Source: Dehalococcoidia bacterium (GTDB lineage Bacteria > Chloroflexota > Dehalococcoidia > Lucifugimonadales > UBA1123). Taken from it: a DNA stretch of 64,000 bases. The stretch lies in NCBI GenBank assembly GCA_965232905.1, contig OZ247432.1:238996-302995 (forward strand), given 5' to 3'. Every line of letters begins with the position of its first letter. Position 1 is the first letter of the stretch. Below the pieces are notes generated by a model. The model saw nothing but the letters and a program-made list of their open reading frames with translations, did no database searches and was not told the DNA's origin. The position numbers and the translations under genes are program-made. Below are positions 58,103-64,000 of the stretch, piece after piece.

Positions 58103-59100
58103 GGGGACGACCTCAGGATCGTACCGAGGACCAGTACTTCAAGCAGCAGCAGGGCAGCCCCTGGTATCAGCAGCCAGCCGGCCAGTTCCTCATGCTGGGT
58201 GAAGACCGCGACTTCGACCTCTGACTTCTCCAGAGCGTTGATCTCTTCGTAGATGCTGCGCAACCCTTCTGTATCCGTGGCAAGAAAGAACTGACCGTCT
58301 GTACTTTCCGCGATCTCCCTGAGCATGTCTTCGTCAAGGTTAAAGCGTCGGAATCCCAGGCTGCCGCCTGCAAACCCCTGCGAGCGTGATGCGCTGCTCG
58401 GCTCCCCCATACCGATCGTGTACACGCGGATGCCGAGTGTCTCGGCTGCCGCGGCAGCGGTGAGGGGGTCGATTTCGCCCTTGTTATTGACGCCGTCCGT
58501 GAGTAGCACGATCACCCTGCTCTCGGCCTCAGAGTCCTTCAGCATGTTGGCGGCAGTTGCCAGTCCCATGCCGATTGCGGTGCCGTCCTCCAGCCCCAAC
58601 CTGGCGGCGAGCTCCACATCGTCCAGCAGAAAAGTCAGCGCCTCGTGGTCGATAGTCGGGGGACTGTGTATGAATGCATGGGTGGCGAAGACCACGAGAC
58701 CGACCCTGTCATAGGTCCGCTGCTCGATGAACTCCGCGATCACCTGTTTGGCAGCCTCCAGCCTGCTGGCCGGCATAAAGTCGAACGCAGCCATTGAGCC
58801 CGAGATGTCCAGAGCGAGAGCAATGTCAACGCCCTCTCCACTTATGACTTCACGGGCCTCAGTCGCCTGAGGTCTGGCTGCCCCGATTACCAGCAGCGCG
58901 AGAGCGATCCAGGTGAGTGCTGACACATAAGGGCGCAGCTTCAACTTCCAGCTTCTGGTGGAGCGGCGAACAGCCAGCGTATTTCCAAACCGGATTCCGG
59001 GCGGCCTGCTCCACCCCCGTGCAAAGAGGGGAATCAGTGCAACTGCAAGCACCACGGGCAGCAGCAGAAGCAGAGCTGGTGTGGCAAATTCCAGGTTCAA
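58099..59100 (-). CDS. batA: VWA domain membrane protein BatA
   Basis: ORF track 333 aa. N-terminal TM pair, LDISGSM MIDAS, C-terminal TM. 4-nt overlaps on both sides. Confidence 0.75.
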   Translation of the reverse strand: MNLEFATPALLLLLPVVLAVALIPLFARGWSRPPGIRFGNTLAVRRSTRSWKLKLRPYVSALTWIALALLVIGAARPQATEAREVISGEGVDIALALDISGSMAAFDFMPASRLEAAKQVIAEFIEQRTYDRVGLVVFATHAFIHSPPTIDHEALTFLLDDVELAARLGLEDGTAIGMGLATAANMLKDSEAESRVIVLLTDGVNNKGEIDPLTAAAAAETLGIRVYTIGMGEPSSASRSQGFAGGSLGFRRFNLDEDMLREIAESTDGQFFLATDTEGLRSIYEEINALEKSEVEVAVFTQHEELAGWLLIPGAALLLLEVLVLGTILRSSP

Positions 59101-60116
59101 CGCGTGTACCTTCCAGAAGCGTAGCCGCTGGGTGGACGGAAGCGTGACGGTGCGGCGGTTAATCCGTTCACAACTCTTCTTGCCGTCACCACTGCTGCCC
59201 GAGCGTCGCCCAGCTCAGGAGAGAGGCGTGCAAACTTCACGAGGTCGGCTTCACCAAGGACCTCGCCGAGATCCCTCACGTCGCCCGGCGGAACAGGTCT
59301 GCGGTCGAGCACCGAAATCGATTGCTGAGTTGTAAGTTCGGGTGCAGGGATTCTGAACTGTCCGAACATGTACGTTCTGAGACAATCGGCGACAAGCGCA
59401 TAGTGCTCCAGGTAGCGACCCTGCCTGGGAAGGTCCTGCTTTTCGATTCTATCCAGCGTCAGCAGTGCGTGCTCCAGTGGGGTGAAGACCTGCTGCGGTT
59501 GGATGGCTGCCTCCGACAGCATCCTTCGCCAATAGTATATGCCGACTAGAATCAAGGCTGCAGCGCCGGTGAGTCCTCCGAACATCCACGGCCAGGTCGT
59601 TGGGAATGGCACATCAGCCTGCGGTCGGATGTCCTTCAACTCGTTCGCCCCCGATGCGAGCACCGAGACGACTTCGACTTCTATGGGTCTTACGGGACGG
59701 TTGATGACGCTGCCGTCCGGCCGTCGGACCGCCACTGAGAGTTCTGGGGTTGAATGGATCCCGGGCCGAAAGAGGACGGCATCAATGCTCATTGCGGAGA
59801 GGAGAGAGCTGTCTTCAGCGATCTCAGTTGAGAGGTGAGTAGTCTTTTGCACTTCGAACTCGCCCCACTCACGCGGCACGTCGGGGAAGACAATGTGGTG
59901 GTCAGGTGGATGGTTGACCGTGAGCTTCAGTGTGAGAACGTCCCCAACAGTTGCCGACTCCGTATCAGTGGTCAGCGTAACACTAACGGGCGCCATCTGT
60001 GCGAGCGCTGTATCGGGCGGAAAGGCCAAGATAGCTGTCATCAGAACGACCAGCGCCGCACAGATGGCACGCAGCGCGACCCCAGGGAATATCTGATTGG
60101 TGCGCCAGACACTCAT
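59097..60116 (-). CDS. membrane protein: BatD-like N-terminal beta domain fused to a DUF4381-like C-terminal half
   Basis: ORF track 339 aa. Signal, then VSVTLTTDTESATVGDVLTLKLTV (resembles the BatD start), one TM, then a helical half in the slot where DUF4381 proteins sit in MoxR/Bat operons. Tentative. Confidence 0.45.
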   Translation of the reverse strand: MSVWRTNQIFPGVALRAICAALVVLMTAILAFPPDTALAQMAPVSVTLTTDTESATVGDVLTLKLTVNHPPDHHIVFPDVPREWGEFEVQKTTHLSTEIAEDSSLLSAMSIDAVLFRPGIHSTPELSVAVRRPDGSVINRPVRPIEVEVVSVLASGANELKDIRPQADVPFPTTWPWMFGGLTGAAALILVGIYYWRRMLSEAAIQPQQVFTPLEHALLTLDRIEKQDLPRQGRYLEHYALVADCLRTYMFGQFRIPAPELTTQQSISVLDRRPVPPGDVRDLGEVLGEADLVKFARLSPELGDARAAVVTARRVVNGLTAAPSRFRPPSGYASGRYTR

Positions 60117-61000
60117 CTTGCCAGCCGCTTCTCCCTGCGTTTGAAGAAGTCGTTCAGTCCGCTGACGTATTCCTGCCCATTGGCCAATGCGATCCGATCG
60201 ATGGCGAGCGACCTCATCATCTGGACCTTGGCTTCTTCCTCCGCACGTACCTGCTCTTCGAAAGAGCGGCGCCAGTCTTCATCGTCCGTATCAACCCACA
60301 CGAGGTCTCCGGTCTCGGCATCTTCCAGTGCAACTATGCCGACCTGGGGGATCTCCCTCTCCACCGGGTCGTGAAGGTCGATTGCGATTACGTCGTGTCT
60401 CCTTGAAGTTGCCGCCAGCGCGGAGCGATACGACTCGAGTGGCGCAATGAAGTCGGAGATGAGAAACGCAATGCTCCGCTGTTTCTGCATGAGGTTCATT
60501 GAGTTCAGCGCCATGCTTATGTCGGTTCCGGTCCCCTTCGGCTGAAATACCAGAAGGTCTCGGACCATTCTCAGGACATGTCTGCGACCCTTTCGAGGAG
60601 GGACCACCAACTCCAGCTCGTCTGTAAAGACCATGAGACCGATGCGATCATTGTTGGTAGTAGCTGCGAAGGACAGGACAGCGGCCAGCTCAGCCGCGAG
60701 TTCGCGCTTGAATCCCCCTGTCGTACCAAATTCGGAAGAGCCGCTCGCATCGGCAAGGAGCATGACTGTTAGCTCTCGCTCTTCCTGGTAGTGGCGCACG
60801 AACGGTGAATTCATTCGAGCGGTGACGTTCCAGTCGATGCGCCTCACGTCATCTCCCGGGAAGTATGGGCGTACTTCCTCGAACTCCATTCCTCGCCCCT
60901 TGAATACCGACTGGTACTCGCCCGCGAACACGTCAACGACCAGGTGCTTGGCCGTGATCTCGATTCGGCGGATCTGTTCCATCAGCTCAGGAGCGAGCAT
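60113..61000 (-). CDS. DUF58 (VWA-like) protein
   Basis: ORF track 295 aa. G.Y.S.FKGRGMEFEEVRPY.PGDD.RRIDWN.TAR motif. Confidence 0.8.
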   Translation of the reverse strand: MLAPELMEQIRRIEITAKHLVVDVFAGEYQSVFKGRGMEFEEVRPYFPGDDVRRIDWNVTARMNSPFVRHYQEERELTVMLLADASGSSEFGTTGGFKRELAAELAAVLSFAATTNNDRIGLMVFTDELELVVPPRKGRRHVLRMVRDLLVFQPKGTGTDISMALNSMNLMQKQRSIAFLISDFIAPLESYRSALAATSRRHDVIAIDLHDPVEREIPQVGIVALEDAETGDLVWVDTDDEDWRRSFEEQVRAEEEAKVQMMRSLAIDRIALANGQEYVSGLNDFFKRREKRLAR

Positions 61001-61009
61001 GGGCGTGAC

Positions 61010-62002
61010 TCAGGGCACCTTGACGAGGTCCAGTATGTCGTCGACGATATTCGCCGATGAGATCGACTCTGCCTCTGCTTCGTACGTCGGAATTACTCTG
61101 TGCCTCAGCACGTCTGGGGCAATGTGTTTGATGTCTTCAGGTGAAACGTATCCTCGCCCCTGGAGGAATGCACGTGCCCTTGCGGCGGTCACGAGGTAGA
61201 TGCTGGCCCTGGGCGACGCTCCGTAAGCGATCAAGGGCTTGAGATACCTTAGCCCGTCCTGGCTGGGTTCACGGGTGGCCATTACGAGGTCCAGGACGTA
61301 TTCTTTGATCTTCTCATCGACATATACGGTTCGGATCGTTTCGCGCGCCCTGATGATCTGTTCAGGCAGAACTACCGGCTCTATGTCCGGCAGGTCCGCT
61401 CCGGTCATCCTGTCGATGATCATTCTCTCCTCTGACCTGACTGGATAGTCGACGATCACCTTCAGCATGAACCTGTCGACCTGGGCCTCTGGCAGGGGAT
61501 AGGTGCCTTCCTGCTCTATGGGGTTCTGAGTCGCGAGCACAAGGAAAAGCGATTCCAGTGGAAAGCTAGTGTCGCCGATCGTGACCTGACGCTCCTGCAT
61601 AGCCTCCAGTAGCGCACTCTGTACTTTGGCGGGCGCGCGGTTGATCTCATCAGCCAGGACCAGGTTTGCGAAGATCGGGCCCTTGTGGACCGTAAACTCG
61701 GTGGTCCTGGGACTGTAGATCTGGGTCCCGATCAGGTCGGCTGGAAGCAGGTCAGGTGTGAACTGCAGCCTTGAAAACTCTGAGTTGACGGCCTGGGCGA
61801 CGGTCTTTACGAGGAGCGTCTTTGCCAGGCCTGGTACGCCTTCGAGCAGGATGTGGCCGTCAGCCAGGAGGCCGATCAGTACGCGCTCGATTAGCACGTC
61901 CTGCCCCACGACCACCTTTCTAATCTCTTCAATTAGGTTGTTGAGGAATACGGACTCCTCCTGAACCTGCTCGTTCAGGTCTCGGATACTAGCCAGATTC
62001 AT
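61010..62002 (-). CDS. MoxR-family AAA+ ATPase
   Basis: ORF track 330 aa. LLEGVPGLAKT (Walker A), LADEINRAP (Walker B), ATQNPIEQEGTYPLPEAQ.DRF. Confidence 0.9.
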   Translation of the reverse strand: MNLASIRDLNEQVQEESVFLNNLIEEIRKVVVGQDVLIERVLIGLLADGHILLEGVPGLAKTLLVKTVAQAVNSEFSRLQFTPDLLPADLIGTQIYSPRTTEFTVHKGPIFANLVLADEINRAPAKVQSALLEAMQERQVTIGDTSFPLESLFLVLATQNPIEQEGTYPLPEAQVDRFMLKVIVDYPVRSEERMIIDRMTGADLPDIEPVVLPEQIIRARETIRTVYVDEKIKEYVLDLVMATREPSQDGLRYLKPLIAYGASPRASIYLVTAARARAFLQGRGYVSPEDIKHIAPDVLRHRVIPTYEAEAESISSANIVDDILDLVKVP

Positions 62003-62238
62003 CTATTTCTCCGGTACTGTGGACGGTCGCTAACTGCGCGACCTGCTTTTGATATACGCAGATTTTGGAAGTGACTTGTCAGCAATCGGTGAGATCACTC
62101 GCACTTTGAGATGGCGGCTTCCTCCCAGAACTGGGTGTCGCTTCCATTGGATTATACGGAAACGCTGCTAGCTGCGGATTGCGTCCATGAACATGACGGA
62201 GAATCCTCAAGGCGTCTGGGTTCCGCAGCTGGCCCCCT

Positions 62239-63582
62239 CTACTCGCCGACATATAGCTCCTCGGTCATACGCGCATTCTGGAAGGCGAGGTACTGCTGCG
62301 TGGTCATGGTTGGCGCGCTCGTGTCGATGATGCGCCTGGCTTCCTGTGCGTCGTCGTGTAACAGGTCGATGACCGACATTGCCATCGCCTTAGCTGGATT
62401 CACGACCGCCTGGACGTAGTCATCGACCACGTAATCGATGCTGTGTCCGGCCCCGTGCGCCGCGGTCGTGTAGGGGTGTATCACAGGCATCAGCTGGCTG
62501 AGATCGCCCATGTCGGTGGAGCCGCCGCGGTTTCGGTCCGCGGGATGCTCGGCGACCTCGCTTTCGCCAACAATCTCGATGGCGTTGCGCTTGAAGAGCT
62601 CCATCATCGGCTCGTTGTTCTTCATTGGCAGGTAGCCCGGGATCGTGACGATCTCGACGCTGCCTCCCATGGTCAGAGCTCCGGCACGGAGGCACCTGTC
62701 CATCTTGCCGTTTGCGTCTTCGATCGCCTCAGCGGTCCTTCCTCGGACCCGGCCTTCGTATCGAACGTCCGCCGGAACCGAGTTTACGGCTGCGCCGCCA
62801 CGAGTCAGAACGCCGTGCAGCCTGACGTTGTTCTCGTTTCGCAGCGTCTCCCGCTGGGTGTTGAGGGCATTGAGGGCGACCATCGCCGCCTGCAGGGCGT
62901 TAACCCCCATGTGCGGCGAACTTCCCGCGTGGGCGGCTTTCCCTATGAACCGGACATACTTGACCACGTGTCCGTTGGAAGTGCCGCCAACTGAGAACTT
63001 GGCGGACTCCTGTGAGGAAGATGCGGTGTGGACCATCATAGCCATGTCGATGTCGTCGAACGCGCCAAGCCTGATGAACTCCTGCTTGCCCGCCATCAAC
63101 CCGAGTTGGCCTTCCTTGTGGAGACCCCATCTGAACTCGACGTCGATGAACTCCTCTGCCGGGACAGCTATGAACGCTATGTTGCCCGCGAGCGACTCAA
63201 GCACTTCCGGTACCAAGAGACCTACGGCCGCCCCGAGCATCATCGGCGTCTGGCAGTGATGTCCACACGCGTGGGCTGCCCCTGTATCGGGATCTACGTG
63301 GGGATGGTCCAGCACTCTCAGTGAATCGAGTTCGCCTATGACGGCGACTGTCGGCCCCGGTCTGCCTCCCTGCACAACACCCTTAAGTCCCGTAATCGCG
63401 ATGCCGGACTGGTGGCTGATTCCAAGCTCGCTGAGCTTCTCGCTGACGAAACTCGACGTCTTGATTTCCGTGAAGCCGGGCTCCGGGTTATCGAGGATCG
63501 TCCGGGCGATATCCATCAGCCATTCTGCACGGTCGTCGATGGCGGCCTGAGCGCTTGCCTTCAGCTCATCTTTTGTGGGCAT
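62239..63582 (-). CDS. M20-family amidohydrolase/peptidase (AbgB/aminobenzoyl-glutamate utilisation-like)
   Basis: Frame of ORF 62239-63597. ATG 63582 lies 4 nt after GGAGGGG. ACGHH metal site, VPAEE, GGSTDMGD..MP..HPY. Confidence 0.8.
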   Translation of the reverse strand: MPTKDELKASAQAAIDDRAEWLMDIARTILDNPEPGFTEIKTSSFVSEKLSELGISHQSGIAITGLKGVVQGGRPGPTVAVIGELDSLRVLDHPHVDPDTGAAHACGHHCQTPMMLGAAVGLLVPEVLESLAGNIAFIAVPAEEFIDVEFRWGLHKEGQLGLMAGKQEFIRLGAFDDIDMAMMVHTASSSQESAKFSVGGTSNGHVVKYVRFIGKAAHAGSSPHMGVNALQAAMVALNALNTQRETLRNENNVRLHGVLTRGGAAVNSVPADVRYEGRVRGRTAEAIEDANGKMDRCLRAGALTMGGSVEIVTIPGYLPMKNNEPMMELFKRNAIEIVGESEVAEHPADRNRGGSTDMGDLSQLMPVIHPYTTAAHGAGHSIDYVVDDYVQAVVNPAKAMAMSVIDLLHDDAQEARRIIDTSAPTMTTQQYLAFQNARMTEELYVGE

Positions 63583-63601
63583 GGTGCCCCTCCACACTGG
63601 T

Positions 63602-64000
63602 CTATTCGGTGTGTGCGCTTTCCCTAAGCATCGAGCGCATCAACTCCAGGTAGCTCTGCTTGGTCAGAGGCGGACGGTACTCGCCTGCGATCCTGCGCGC
63701 GTGTGCCGCTCCGTCGGTCAGCAAGTCGATGACGGTCATGGTCATCGCCTTTGCGCCCGTCAGTACCGCCAGCTCGTAGTCCTGCACGACGTAGTCGATA
63801 CCATGTCCGCTACCTGTGGCGGCGTTGACGTAGGGATGAATGACGGGCATCAACTGCGACACGTCGCCCATGTCTGTGGAGCCGGTGCGGTGTCCCAGCC
63901 TTCTAACGTTTTCATTACCGACCAGCGTTCCGGCATTGGCGCCGTACAGTTTAAGCATCGACTCGTCGGACTGGATCGGAAGGTACCCCGGTAAGGTGGT
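63602..64000 (-). CDS. M20-family amidohydrolase paralogue, C-terminal 132 codons; the N-terminal part lies beyond the right window edge
   Basis: The frame stays open to base 64000. TLPGYLPIQSDESMLKLY...GSTDMGDVSQLMPVIHPYVNAATGSGHGIDYVV is collinear with TIPGYLPMKNNEPMMELF...GSTDMGDLSQLMPVIHPYTTAAHGAGHSIDYVV of the downstream gene. The ORF-track Met at 63958 is internal. Confidence 0.7.
   Translation of the reverse strand, partial: TTLPGYLPIQSDESMLKLYGANAGTLVGNENVRRLGHRTGSTDMGDVSQLMPVIHPYVNAATGSGHGIDYVVQDYELAVLTGAKAMTMTVIDLLTDGAAHARRIAGEYRPPLTKQSYLELMRSMLRESAHTE

Overview
This is a 64-kb, GC-rich bacterial chromosomal segment (roughly 55-60 % GC by eye, not computed) that is almost fully coding. 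I can support about 68 protein genes and 2 tRNAs. rpmH is shorter than 60 aa and is missing from the ORF track. Two genes are cut by the window edges: a copper amine oxidase at the left edge, also missing from the ORF track, and an M20 peptidase paralogue at the right edge. I also found several near-consensus sigma70-type promoters and a few intrinsic terminators. I saw no rRNA, CRISPR array, transposase or integrase. Housekeeping landmarks are rpmH-rnpA-yidD-(lipoprotein propeller)-yidC-jag, serS, a HadAB-like hot-dog pair followed by plsX-fabG-fabL, fabI, an A-type Fe-S carrier with ygfZ, and tRNA-Gln/tRNA-Glu. Accessory and metabolic content includes a metal ABC importer without a binding protein, a TPP enzyme and two crotonases with an acyl-CoA synthetase. 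It also includes a peptide-type ABC transporter split into two blocks around a 14-bladed propeller lipoprotein. A DapA-like/HAD/ThiO-like/F420-LLM/MBL gene string, PspC with a LiaF-like protein, split ComDE-type decarboxylase, an MFS exporter, a complete MoxR-DUF58-BatABCDE operon and tandem M20 peptidases complete the list. Lipoproteins with long Pro/Thr/Ala linkers, the LLM oxidoreductase and the acyl-CoA genes suggest a monoderm Chloroflexota-like, possibly marine SAR202-type, organism; this is inference only. The stand-out is a seven-gene, translationally coupled minus-strand operon at 6607-16213. It combines a divergent SecA-family ATPase, an active and a degenerate PaaK/F390-synthetase-like adenylating protein, an NspC-like PLP decarboxylase, a DUF3326 protein and a transglutaminase-fold protein. 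Its last gene encodes a secreted protein with a Ser/Gln/Asn/Arg-rich tail. It converges on a DUF4178/DUF350 pair. I know of no described system with this composition. All family calls were made by eye from motifs, since no database search or folding program was available.
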